Shown piece by piece: positions 51,201 to 62,055 of a stretch of 64,000 nt of DNA. Under the pieces are notes generated by a model, which ran no database searches, was not told the origin of the DNA, and saw only the letters and a program-made list of their open reading frames with translations. The position numbers and the translations under genes were made by a program. Origin of the DNA: Haliotis cracherodii (lineage: Eukaryota). The first letter of the stretch is position 1. The number at the start of each line of letters is the position of its first letter. The stretch lies in NCBI RefSeq assembly GCF_022045235.1, contig NW_027266277.1:12338001-12402000 (forward strand). Reading direction: 5' to 3'.

Positions 51201-51478
51201 ACCCGTGAAGATCCGGGGTAGAATAGGTCTTCAGCAGCTATGCTTGCTATAAAAGTCGTATGCTTGCTATACTATGCTTGTCGTAAGAGGCGACTAACGG
51301 GATCGGGTGGTCAGGCTCGCTGACTTGGTTGATGCATGTCATCGATCCCAAATGCGTGGATCGATGCTTATGATATCAATCACTGGATTGTCTGGTCCAA
51401 ACTCGATTATTTACAGACCGCCGTCATATAGCTGGACTATTGCTGAGTGCGGCGTAAAACAACAAACCAACCAACCAA
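51201..51478 (+). mobile_element. Retroposon family B
   Basis: TSD CCCATGTACAAA at 51189-51200 and 51479-51490. Confidence 0.92.
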
Positions 51479-51491
51479 CCCATGTACAAAT

Positions 51492-51492
<1 letters not shown>

Positions 51493-51547
<55 letters not shown>
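51493..51547. repeat. (CA)n microsatellite
   Basis: Direct reading. Confidence 0.95.
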
Positions 51548-51549
<2 letters not shown>

Positions 51550-52037
51550 TTATGACCCAAATGGACGTATTGTTCCCATCCCGGGAATCGATCGTAACGA
51601 GTGCACGCTTAAACCGCTAGACTAGATAGCAACAGAAACACCACGGCATTTTATAAATAGGAGAGATACACCCCCGTTGATAAAACCTACACACGTGCAG
51701 TGAGTTGCAAGATGTTGTCATTTGTAGCCTGCAAGTCATATTTGCTTGTGATGTGTTTTTCAATGTTTCCGTCAGTCTACTGTGTACCGTGTTTTGTTTA
51801 TTTTGGGAGGACAAGATCACACCAACGTAAACAGGCAATCCATTTAAGACATCAAGACTGGCGTTACAGATTAGCAACAGATGCATCACAGCTTCAGGAC
51901 GAACATCTATGTAATGTGCTAAGTTGGGAGTTTGCACATCTGTAATCCCCCGTTAGGATGGTGGTACAGAACAGGTGCCCCTTACCACAGGCTGAGTCCA
52001 CAAAGACGGGGATTAAGGGGTCACAGTGTCTGACCTC

Positions 52038-52140
52038 GGCCCGTTCCACAAAGCGGTCTTAGCGCTAAGGCGATCGTAACTCCATACTTTAACAAAGACT
52101 TACGAGAATCGTATGGCTAAGATCTTTCTGTGGAACGGGT
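52038..52140. mobile_element. Short palindromic MITE (~100 bp)
   Basis: CCCGTTCCACAAAG ... CTGTGGAACGGG; homologous to 55541-55649. Confidence 0.7.
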
Positions 52141-52742
52141 GGCGTGTTGATTGTGTGTAACTTAGACAGACATTGTAAATCGTTGCTCATGATATCAACA
52201 CTGGTTTGTATTGTTCAGACTGTGATGTAAACTGCCGGACAAAAGCAAGTATACACCCATGTTTAATGTTGGCTAAATATAATAAACTATACACTTGAAA
52301 ATTGGATTTGAGCAAAGCATTACAAACGTTATAAAAACATTAGTTAGCTTAAAACAGTCGCCGAAACAATGCAAACTTAAGGTTCAAAACACTAATATGA
52401 TACTCTATCAAATACATCACCATCGAGTTACCATTTCTCGCTTGTTTCATTTTAGCCACCATCAAACATGGGTATACTTTCTTTTGTCTGGCAGTGTATT
52501 ATACATAATCCTATCAAGCAATCATGCTTCAAATGTACTTAAATGTATAAAGATAACTTGAACTTAATGATAAAAAATACATTTTTGTAAACATGGTTAA
52601 AAAAATTATGATTAATTTATTTTGGCATTATCATCCAGTTCAACATTACAAATAAGCAACACGCTGTGCCAAGTTTATATATGTTGAAAATGATATGAAA
52701 AGCCATTGCACGTGAAAAATTCAATGCTATCATTCATGGCCA

Positions 52743-53031
52743 GGGGTGGTGGGGTAGCCTAGGGGTTAAAGCGTTGGCTCGTTACACCGAAGACCGGGGT
52801 TCGATTCCCAGCATGGATACAAAGTGTAGAGTTGATTCTTGGTGTCTCTGTATTTGACATTGCAGGACTGTTGTTAACAGCGACATAAAAGCATGCTTTC
52901 TCACTTTTGCCGGCGGTGGGGTAGCCTTGTAGTTAAAGTGTTCGCTCGTCAGTTAGGAGACTCGGGTTCGATTCCAGACATGGGTACACTGTTTGAAGCC
53001 CTTTTGGTGTCCCCTTGTCGTGTTATTGCTG
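52743..53031 (+). mobile_element. Two tandem SINE family A copies (52743-52905, 52911-53031)
   Basis: Two heads with A/B boxes; the second copy's tail resumes at ~53286 after a family B insertion. Confidence 0.85.
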
Positions 53032-53034
53032 CCT

Positions 53035-53284
53035 ACCTGTGAAGATCCGGAGTAGAATAGGCCTTCAGCAACCCATGCTTGTCGTAAGAGGCGTAAGAGG
53101 CGTAAGAGGCGACTAACGGGATCGGGTGGTCAGGCTCGGTGACTTGGTTGATGCATGTCATTGTATCCCAATTACGTAGATCGATGCTCAAAATGTCAAT
53201 CACTGGATTGTCTGTTCCAGACTCGATTATTTACAGACCGCCGCCTTATAGCCCGAATATTGCTGAACAAACGAAACAAACAAA
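53035..53284 (+). mobile_element. Retroposon family B nested in family A
   Basis: Match; GTAAGAGGC triplicated. Confidence 0.9.
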
Positions 53285-53739
53285 TGATATTGCTGCGACA
53301 AAACCAAATTCACTCAACTGGATCAGACAATGAAGGAGGCAAGTGGATGTACATTCAGTCAATATGTACCCCAGGAATATAATTAAGCACGAATAAGCAT
53401 AATGTTATTAATTAACTATACATTTACATTCATAAAATCCATTTATACAAACCCTATCCTGTATTTATTATCTGAAGAAACGCATGGGTTTTTTTCACGA
53501 AGACACGTACTCCTATTGAAATACAGAAAGCCATATCGATAATGTAATTGTTTGTAACTATTCCACGGCAATATTTGTCTGATTACCCTAGCAACAGCAT
53601 CCTCTGCTTCTTGCTTCATACGACGCAGTTATTGTACCCACATGGCATCAGGTATCGAAGGTATCTTGAACATTCACCATCATAATGAGGTATCCATAAT
53701 ATTTACAAAGTACATATTTCCTAAACGTACATGGATGTC

Positions 53740-53949
53740 CGACTAACGGGATTGGGTGGTCAGGCTCGCTGACTTGGTTGATGCATGTCATCCAATTGCG
53801 TGGATCGATGCTCATGATATCTATCACTGGATTGTCTGGTCCACACTCGATTATTTACAGACCGCAGTCATATAGCTGGAATATTGCTGAGTGCGGGGTT
53901 GAACAACAAACCACCGAACCACCCACCCAACCAACCAACCAACCAACCA
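53740..53949 (+). mobile_element. Retroposon family B, 5'-truncated
   Basis: TSD ACATGGATG at 53729-53737 and 53950-53958. Confidence 0.9.
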
Positions 53950-54583
53950 ACATGGATGCCCGGGACAAATGAAAACAAAGCCAGAGTGGTGCTAGACATT
54001 TTTACACATGTATATGATAGCATCACGACGACTGTGTTGGTTCCATGAGGGAAACATATTAGTAGCTTGGTGATTAGAATAACCAAACAACACTTCGATT
54101 TATCCGATATGTGGACACACCCTACATCGACTTACTGTGGTTCGAGTTAAATATGTTTCAGTGTTGCGTGAAATACTTAGGTGTTAGGTCATACTGAGAG
54201 CATTAAAACACTCAAATTTATACATTTCTTTGCAAAGGTAGCTGACCGATTACCAGATTTGTTTCTACATCAGTTTTGATCCAAATCTTTGAATGTTTGC
54301 AGATGTGCAGCTATCATTGTGATGACAAGTCACACTTTCCATAAATAACTTATTTTTGGTTCATCACATCAAACCCGCAAGGGTTTATTACCAGCCTGCT
54401 TGTTTGGTGTTGAGCTTGTTTCTTCCAACGCGAGAATGACATTCTCGGTCTAAGGGAGGTAAATGTGTTAGTCTCTTTGCTCAAAACACATGTAAGGTCA
54501 AGAAGATTTTACGTCGCTTCAATATTAGAGCCTAGCTGCATTGTTGGTTAAAACTTTACGTCGTGTTCAGTGTGTTTTATAAT

Positions 54584-54585
<2 letters not shown>

Positions 54586-54641
<56 letters not shown>
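54586..54641. repeat. (CT)n microsatellite
   Basis: Direct reading. Confidence 0.95.
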
Positions 54642-54644
<3 letters not shown>

Positions 54645-54716
54645 GACTGCTGCATGTTGTGTTTCTCATCTTTCGCTCAACGTCTACCCCTCTCCCTCAC
54701 CCCCCACCCCCACCCC

Positions 54717-54865
54717 NNNNNNNNNNNNNNNNNNNNNNNNNNNNNNNNNNNNNNNNNNNNNNNNNNNNNNNNNNNNNNNNNNNNNNNNNNNNNNNNNNNN
54801 NNNNNNNNNNNNNNNNNNNNNNNNNNNNNNNNNNNNNNNNNNNNNNNNNNNNNNNNNNNNNNNNN
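54717..54865. other. Assembly gap (N run)
   Basis: Direct reading. Confidence 0.99.
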
Positions 54866-55042
54866 AACCCAAAACCAATCGTTTTTATATCCATCCTCCC
54901 GCTTGGGTACATAGGAATAGATTAACGCATTTCACATCTCATACAAAAATGCTCGCTGTGTTCCTTTTTTCACTCATCAAATCAGCGTTAATCTCTCTCA
55001 CTCAAGGAAGCACCCAGAGAATTTCGTTCTTTCCTAGACCAA

Positions 55043-55152
55043 GGGGTAGCCAAGTAAAAGCGTTCGCTCGCAGTGTGTGAAGCCCATTTCTGGTGTCCCC
55101 GCCGTGATATTGCTGGAATATTGCTAAAAGCGGCGTAAAACCATACTCACTC
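55043..55152 (+). mobile_element. SINE family A, internally deleted
   Basis: Head fused to body and tail; B box missing. Confidence 0.85.
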
Positions 55153-55360
55153 AGCCACATTGTTATTTCATCCCACCGACCATTCTTTTCAGACATGACT
55201 CGAGAAATATTAGCTTTAATATTATTAATATTTTTATTTCGACCTGCAAACTCATACTAATAAACAAATGGAAAATCATATGAACATCCATACCTCGCTA
55301 ATGTTCTCAGTTTAGTTGTGTTATTACTCAACAAGGGAATAAGGTATACACAATTTTATA

Positions 55361-55426
55361 GATAACAACTTCTTTAATACTGTGAAAAGCGACGTTTTGG
55401 TATAGATCCTTATACCGTTGTCAAGC
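55361..55426 (-). mobile_element. Penelope-like pLTR remnant with degenerate hammerhead-like motif
   Basis: CTTGACAA, stem (C)GGTATA/TATACC, AAAACGTCG, then ATTAAAGAAGTTGTTATC shared with 61953-61970. Confidence 0.5.
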
Positions 55427-55540
55427 AAGACTGAATGAGGGACATGTTTGTGATTCTGTCAATGAGAAAGGAGTCGTGTTGAAATCTGCCTGAATGGTTG
55501 TTTAACATAATTTTTCAGTGCCATCAACACGTTCTGTCCG

Positions 55541-55649
55541 GGGCCCACTTGCACAAAGCGATTTTAGCGCTACGACCGTCTTAAGTCTATGTTAGAGTAT
55601 TGGAGTTACGACCATCGTAGCGCTGAGATCACTTTGTGCAAGAGGGCCC
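55541..55649. mobile_element. Short palindromic MITE (GGGCCC ends, possibly PIF/Harbinger-type)
   Basis: GGGCCCACTTGCACAAAGCGATTTTAGCGCTACGA vs TCGTAGCGCTGAGATCACTTTGTGCAAGAGGGCCC, ~35-bp inverted arms. Confidence 0.8.
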
Positions 55650-56077
55650 AGGTCAATTCTCGAAAATTCGAAAACCTGTGACAGTACCCCTGCTGTAACC
55701 TGCTGTTAATAACGGCGAGTTGTGCGATCTTCCGATCGCTTCACACACGATTTCGCCGAAATTAATTAACCCAATATCAAAAGGAATTTTGAATAAATTT
55801 AATGAAATAAGTTACAAACATAAGTCCAGATATACAAAGAACACTTTTTATAGCCAGACAGTGTAATTACCTGACTAATTTGCGTACTTCAGTATGGATT
55901 TGTTGACATGGTATTTCCGGTGATACGTGCTCGCGGTAATGTCTTTCCATGGGGGGAAAAACATCAAAACTCATTAATTCGTGTATAATGCGCACCCCCT
56001 TCTACATAGCTGTGTTTTTTTTTTAAAAAAAAGTGCGCACTATACTCAAGAAAATACGGTATGTCTTTAACTTCTCG

Positions 56078-56365
56078 TCAATGAATTGTTCTTGACCTCT
56101 TGACATCATAACCCTTCAAACCGACGGTGTCAGTAAACGAGCCATATTCAGTGCCACTTCCTGGTTTTTGCGTTAAACCCGAAGTACCTCTTTGAGCTAA
56201 CAATCCGTCTTGAAGAGGCTTCAGTGTGTGTTTCAAGGGTCCAGCAGATCTTGAAATCACCCGAGCAGTCGTCTTAGACTTGATGTTCTTGGATTTTGTA
56301 GGATTTGATTTGATTTTTGTCTCCGGTATGTCCTGTCCTTGTAGGTGTCGCCTGTTGCCTTTGAT
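56078..56365 (-). CDS. Probable frameshifted C-terminal extension of the same protein
   Basis: Alternative frame open for ~96 codons (KIKSNPTKSKNIKSKTTARVISRSAGPLKH...RTIH*) with similar K/S/T/G composition; joined by removing one base from the A5 run at 56314-56318. Confidence 0.45.
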   Translation of the reverse strand: MKGNRRHLQGQDIPETKIKSNPTKSKNIKSKTTARVISRSAGPLKHTLKPLQDGLLAQRGTSGLTQKPGSGTEYGSFTDTVGLKGYDVKRSRTIH

Positions 56366-59300
56366 CTACTTTGGTACCAGCGTGACCTTGATTTGGCGCA
56401 TAATCATGACCCGGTGAACCTGTATCACTCCGCAAACCTTCGTGACCTCGCACTCCAACGTGACCTCGTACAGCAATCTGACTTGGTACATCAACATTAC
56501 CTTCAGTGTGACCACGAACACCATTGTAACCTTGACCACGTACATCATCTTGACCTCTGGCACCATCTTGACCTTTGACACCATCTTGACCTAGCAAACC
56601 TTCGTGCGTTCGCACTTTATCGCGACCTCGTACATTAACTCGTACACCAGTACGACTTCGCGCACCGTCGTGACCTTGATCTCGTACATAACCATGACCT
56701 TGTACATCAGCTCGGCGTATTACATTATCGTGAGGTCGTACATCAGCTCGGCGTATTACATTATCGTGAGGTCGTACATCACCTTGACCTCGTGCACCAT
56801 TGTGACCTTGACCTCGTACATCATCATGACCTTGTACATCACTGTGACCTCGTGCACCATTGTGACCTTGACCTCGTACATAACCATGACCTTGTACATC
56901 GCCGTGACCTCGTAATTCATCGTTCCGTGGTTCAGCTGGACGTCTTTGCTGCGACCTTGTCCGGTCATTCTTTGTACTTTCGGATTTTGGAACTGGTAGT
57001 GTCTTCTTATGCACATTATTCTCAGATAAACCACCAGTTTCCTTGTGTTCGGTGATATGCAATTTCATTTTGTTCCCTAATCTGCTAAGGTTCTCCGTCA
57101 TGCCTAAAGACCCTGTCTTCATTATAGCCAATCTGTCCACAGCGTGTAGCCTCCCCTTATTTCTAGCCTGCTGCAGTGTATATTCAGACAGCCCAGCATG
57201 GAGACTTTCCTTTCTTCTGATTCCAAGATTTCGTAAACTCCGCATCTGAAGAGTCGTAAGCCGTTTCCCGATGTCAGCCTTGGCCTTGATCGTTTTGTGT
57301 GATATGTTTTCTTGTCCCTTGATTCTGTCAACAAACCGTGGTCCAGTAATACGTTCTGGTTGACCTCCTAGCTTCAACACGTCCATGCGTGTCTGCTCAG
57401 CGTTGGCTGTTTCATCGCTGGCGTTTCCTTTTGTTGAGGTCAATGATTTAGCGTCCCGGACCTTGGAAATAACTTTGGTGTCGTGGAGTAGATCATATTT
57501 TGTTTGATGCCTACGTGAAAGGAAGAGATGGATTTTGGTAATATTTGCTCGCTTTCGATTACGCTGTTTTAAAAGATCACGTTTTTGGCCTGTGAACATC
57601 TTTTTGTCCGATTTTCTTTTCATACTCTTTGGAGTCAGTTTGTTTATCTTCTGTATTTTAATATTTTTAAAAGCGCCAATATTCTGATTCTTTACCCCTG
57701 CTCTATCGGTAGCATCTTCTTTCGCTCCAATATTTAGCTTCATCGCAGTATTGCGTTGTTGACCTGAGAAGTCCCCGGTGTCCAATTGTCTATTTTCACT
57801 CTTAGTTTTTGAGGTAACAAGTGGCTGTTTTGTTTCAGTTTCTTCAGAATGGACATGACTCTTAGTCTTTGACGTAGCAAGTGCTTGTTTTCTTCCAGTG
57901 TCATCAGCATGGACATGACTCTTAGTATTTGACGTAGCAAGTGGTTGTTGTCTTCCAGTGTCCTTTACATGGACATGACTCTTAGTCTTAGACGTAGCAA
58001 GTGGTTGTTGTCTTCCAGTGTCCCCAACATGGACATTGCTCATAGTCTTTGACGTAGCAAGTGGTTGTTTTGTTTCAATGTCTTCAACTTGGACATGACT
58101 CTTAGTATTTGACATAGCAAGTGGTTGTTGTCTTCCAGTGTCCTTAACATGGACATGGCTCATAGTATTTGACGTAGCAAGTGGCTGTTGTCTTCCAGTG
58201 TCTTCAGCATGGACATGGCTCTTAGTATTTGACGTAGCAAGTGGCTGTTGTCTTCCAGTGTCTTCAGCATGGACATGGCTCTTAGTATTTGACGTAGCTA
58301 GTGGCTGTTGTCTGCCAGTGTCCTCAGCATGGACATGACTCTTAGTATTTGACGTAGCAAGTGGTTGTTGTCTTCCAGTGTCATCAGCATGGACATGGCT
58401 CTTAGTATTTGACGTAGCAAGTGGTTGTTGTCTTCCAGTGTCATCAGCATGGACATGGCTCTTAGTATTTGACGTAGCAAGTGGTTGTTGTCTTCCAGTG
58501 TCATCAGCATGGACATGGCTCTTAGTATTTGACGTAGCTAGTGGCTGTTGTCTGCCAGTGTCCTTAACATGGACATGGCTCTTAGTATTTGACGTAGCAA
58601 GTGGTTGTTGTCTTCCAGTGTCATCAGCATGGACATGGCTCTTAGTATTTGACGTAGCAAGTGGTTGTTGTCTTCCAGTGTCATCAGCATGGACATGGCT
58701 CTTAGTATTTGACGTAGCTAGTGGCTGTTGTCTGCCAGTGTCCTTAACATGGACATGGCTCTTAGTATTTGACGTAGCAAGTGGCTGTTTGGTTTCAGTG
58801 TCTTCAGCATGGACATGGCTCTTAGTATTTGACGTTGCAAGTGGCTGTTTTGTTTCAGTGTCTTCAGCATGGACATGGCTCTTAGTCCTATTCAGTCCAC
58901 CCCCTTCTCGCTGTTCTGTAAGACGCTGTGGGGACAAACTGAGGCGTTCTTTATTGGTTAACTGTTTCCCAATGTTAGCTAGTTTCAGTTTCGACCCCGT
59001 CTGTGGGAATCGTGTCTGTGATAGTTTACCAGTCAAACGTTTTGGACTCTTTGTGGATATGCGAGGTAATATACCCAAAGCTTTCATACCAACCCCTGCA
59101 TATTTGTTCAGTCTACCCGACTTCAATGGAAACTCCTTCCTGGCCGTGTCAGACGTTCTGTCTTTTGTCCTAAGGTTCATCTTTAACAAAGCCGGTTCAT
59201 CAGCATTTTTGTCACGAACAAAGGTAAGGGGAGACATGTTAGAGTTCACCTTCTTGTGCATCCACGGGTTGAACCCATTACCGGAATATATTCTATTATT

Positions 59301-59556
59301 GCGCAACTTAGAGCGACGATAACCGTGGGATTCTTTCATACGAGACCCAAAGCCGGAAGGTCTGAATCCTTTGCTGTTTGGTCTGTAGGATGGGTGTGAG
59401 TGATGTTTGTTGGGTGTGACAGAGGTCCACGTATGTCGGTGCCAGGAAGTGACGGAGAAGAAGATGTAGATGACACACGTCAGTAGCACGACCTACGTCA
59501 CGTACTGGCATGTCTGCAGGAACCGGAAACACAGACAGGGGGCGTATCGCGCATAA
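56274..59556 (-). CDS. Large coding exon of an uncharacterised basic low-complexity repeat protein with N-terminal signal-anchor; in-frame TAG at 59493-59495 (possible null allele, pseudogene or assembly error)
   Basis: 1071-codon open frame, mostly non-repetitive outside two arrays. Acceptor TTCTCATTCTACTTCCAG at 59557 is in phase with the upstream micro-exon. Hydrophobic VVLLTCVIYIFFSVTSW; K/R-rich linkers; no recognisable globular domain. Confidence 0.8.
56380..56915 (-). repeat. Coding 18/24-bp repeats encoding V-R-G-H-x-D-type Gly/His hexapeptides
   Basis: Recurrent TGACCTCGTACATC / TGACCTTG on the plus strand. Confidence 0.9.
57798..58886 (-). repeat. Coding tandem repeat, 60 bp x 18 (TKSHVHADDTGRQQPLATSN)
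   Basis: Exact 60-bp periodicity with no indels. Confidence 0.97.
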
Positions 59557-59872
59557 CTGGAAGTAGAATGAGAACCCGTCAGTGTTAAAGACACCCAGAC
59601 CCACTCGGTTTATTCCGCCAAATACGAGTACAATGGACGAAAACAAAAGCACGTTCCTTATGCCATTACTCTAACGAGTTTCGAGGCCTAAACATGTAGC
59701 AATGTGTCTAAAATCTAAGCATGTTTTCAATCTAAACCTTCATAATATATCAGTGAAACTAATAATGATAATGACGTTAATAGAATAAGGAGTCAAGTCC
59801 TTATAGTATATAATTGCACATGGCGTCTTGTTTCACTAACATCTTGCACTAGGAACCAAAACATCAGAATAA

Positions 59873-60025
59873 GTGAGTGAGTGAGAATGGTTTTACGCTG
59901 CTTTTAGCAATATTCCAGCAATATCACCAGAAATGGGCTTCACACATTGAACCAACTTCGGGAATCCAACCCGGGTCTTCGGCGCGACGAGCGAACGCTT
60001 TAACCACTAGGCTACCCGACCGCCC
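59873..60025 (-). mobile_element. SINE family A (intronic)
   Basis: TSD ATCAGAATAAG at 59863-59873 and 60028-60038. Confidence 0.92.
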
Positions 60026-60172
60026 GAATCAGAATAAGGAATGTTCATTATTATAATGTTTGGGGGTTGCTCTGCTTTATTGCAACAGGTATATAAACCA
60101 CCTTGAAGTATATTGCATTAACACTGAAACCTTTTAGCCATGATGTCTTGCAAGTTCTAATAAGTCCTTTTC

Positions 60173-60649
60173 TACGAAAGCCTAACGGTGCCACTTTGTA
60201 GCATATGCACTTTTTTTAAATCGAAATTTCTCGTTATTTCAATTATTTGTTTGATTTCTTCGAGTTTTTCATTTACGTTACTTCGAGTATGTTTTGGGTA
60301 TTTCAATTACTTTCTCACTACATCGAGTGATTTTTAGTTTATTTTCAAAAACTCCAAATGTCGATTTTTTTTCTGCTAACTTCGATTAAAATAATTTAAG
60401 TAACGAGAAAAAACACTCGAAATTTCGAGTTTTTTAGATAAACTTGAAATAACGAGAAAATATCCAACGGAACAAAAACAAACTCGTTATTTCGAGAAAA
60501 TAACGAGAAAATAATCGAAGTAAGGAGAACAAATTCGAAGCAACGAGATAGAACTCGAAATTTCGAGAAAATAATTGATACAACCAGAAATTTCGATTAA
60601 AAAAAATAAAATCTATTAATGCTAACATTGGCACCATTAGGCTATCGTA
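60173..60649. mobile_element. MITE with ~30-bp TIRs and internal inverted short-period repeats (intronic)
   Basis: TACGAAAGCCTAACGGTGCCA...TAGCAT vs ATGCTA...TGGCACCATTAGGCTATCGTA; interior built of TTCGAG / ATAACGAGAAA motifs. Confidence 0.85.
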
Positions 60650-61273
60650 CTTCTCTACCATACAAGACTATTACATGCTGATATATATCAACACAAAATA
60701 CAAACACACAACTCATCAAAGAATGCATACTTTAGTGTGTAATTATGTTTGTATAAATGTGTGTAGAGGCAGTTTTATTACATGAAAGCTGGAAGATGAT
60801 AGTGCCACGGGCACTGCAACTCCCCCTTACATCACTACCTCTTCTACAGTACTACTTCTGTTCATTTCGGAGCTAATACAGGCCGATAAACAGTAAAGGC
60901 GAAGGACAATGGCCAGTTGGTGGAAGGGAGGTAACTCGTGGAATTCCGATATTTGTCTAAATTTCAGCCCCTCTGCTTCACCACGTCAGTTCGAAACCTC
61001 ATAATCAGGCACCCGATTTACTGTTATTCCCCTTTTCTTTTAGGGGATTTTCCAGGAATAGCAAGTGCCTAAAAGTAAACCCCCGTTAAGCCGTAATTGT
61101 AAATGATCTGTTTTTCACTTCTCACCAATACCTTCATCTACACAGCCATTCTTTCAGACGCACCTCTTGCTTGCCAGGTGAAATAGTTATGATAGTGACG
61201 TAAATGCAAAGTTGCTCGATCAATCTTCCATCACCAAAATATAACAGCAAACATTTCACAAGCGTGCATTACA

Positions 61274-61275
<2 letters not shown>

Positions 61276-61312
<37 letters not shown>

Positions 61313-61325
61313 TGTGTTTGTGTGT
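61276..61325. repeat. (GT)n microsatellite
   Basis: Direct reading. Confidence 0.95.
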
Positions 61326-61608
61326 TTAAGTTTAAGACCAGCTTGTGATTGTCACATGCAGGAAACAAGCTGAATAGTCAAACTGAATAGTCAGATTTGT
61401 ACATATTTATATAGTGAAGCGGTCGGGGCCTGAGAATAATTTCGAGATATAGGTATATTCGAGATAATCGAAGCTATGCGCAGAAACCATATATTTTTTT
61501 ACAACTGTAACAATATCTTTACATTCTCTATAAAAAATCTTGATAACCTACACCGTCGCTCCAATTGTAATAAAGAAGATGTTCATCCTATAGGCATTAC
61601 TTATAAAA

Positions 61609-61879
61609 GTTGTTGGTTGGTTTGTTGTTTAACGCCACACTCAGCAATATTCCAGCTATATGATGGCGGTCTGTAAATAATCGAGTCTGGACCAGACAAT
61701 CCAACCATTGAAATCATGAGCATCGATCCACACGCACTTTGGATCGATGACTTGCATCAACCAAGTCAGCGAGCCTGACCACCCGATCACGTTAGTCGCC
61801 TTTTACGACAAGCGTAGTCCCCTTTTACGGCAAGCATGGGTTGCTGAAGACCTATTCTACCCCGGATTCCTCACGGGTC
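61609..61879 (-). mobile_element. Retroposon family B (intronic)
   Basis: TSD ACTTATAAA at 61599-61607 and 61880-61888. Confidence 0.92.
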
Positions 61880-61894
61880 ACTTATAAAGTAGCT

Positions 61895-61975
61895 ATATAA
61901 ACACTGTAAGTTGATGTGGAGTTAGCATATACTCCGAAACGTTGTTCCTGATAATAAAGAAGTTGATATCCATAT
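61895..61975 (+). mobile_element. Penelope-like pLTR remnant with degenerate hammerhead-like motif
   Basis: TATATAAA, TTGATGT, stem GGAGT/ACTCC, GAAACGTTG, AATAAAGAAGTTGATATC. Confidence 0.5.
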
Positions 61976-62020
61976 ATTCTCTTCCTAACTTTAAATCATA
62001 CATGCAATATCGTACATTAC

Positions 62021-62055
62021 CTTCTCTCGTCGTCTTTAAACTGCGTCTTCGTCAT
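62021..62055 (-). CDS. First coding micro-exon of the repeat-protein gene (MTKTQFKDDER); whole exon 62021-62069
   Basis: Branch point GACTAAC plus CTCCCAGTTTCAG acceptor, GAGCCATG start, AAG|GTAATG donor; phase 2 fits the 59556 acceptor exactly. Confidence 0.7.

Noticed and set aside
22302-53972. Recurrent ORFs like MVRLADLVDACHRSQLRGSML / MIDIMSIDP
   Set aside because: Translations of family B copies; frames are broken differently in each copy.
58138-59322. Plus-strand ORFs (314 aa, 66 aa) with WTWLLVFDVASGCC repeats
   Set aside because: Antisense shadow of the 60-bp coding repeat; splice signals and the long frame support the minus strand.
59308-59652. 114-aa minus-strand ORF with hydrophobic start as the gene's signal peptide
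   Set aside because: GTG start, spans the acceptor/intron, and is out of frame with the long exon.
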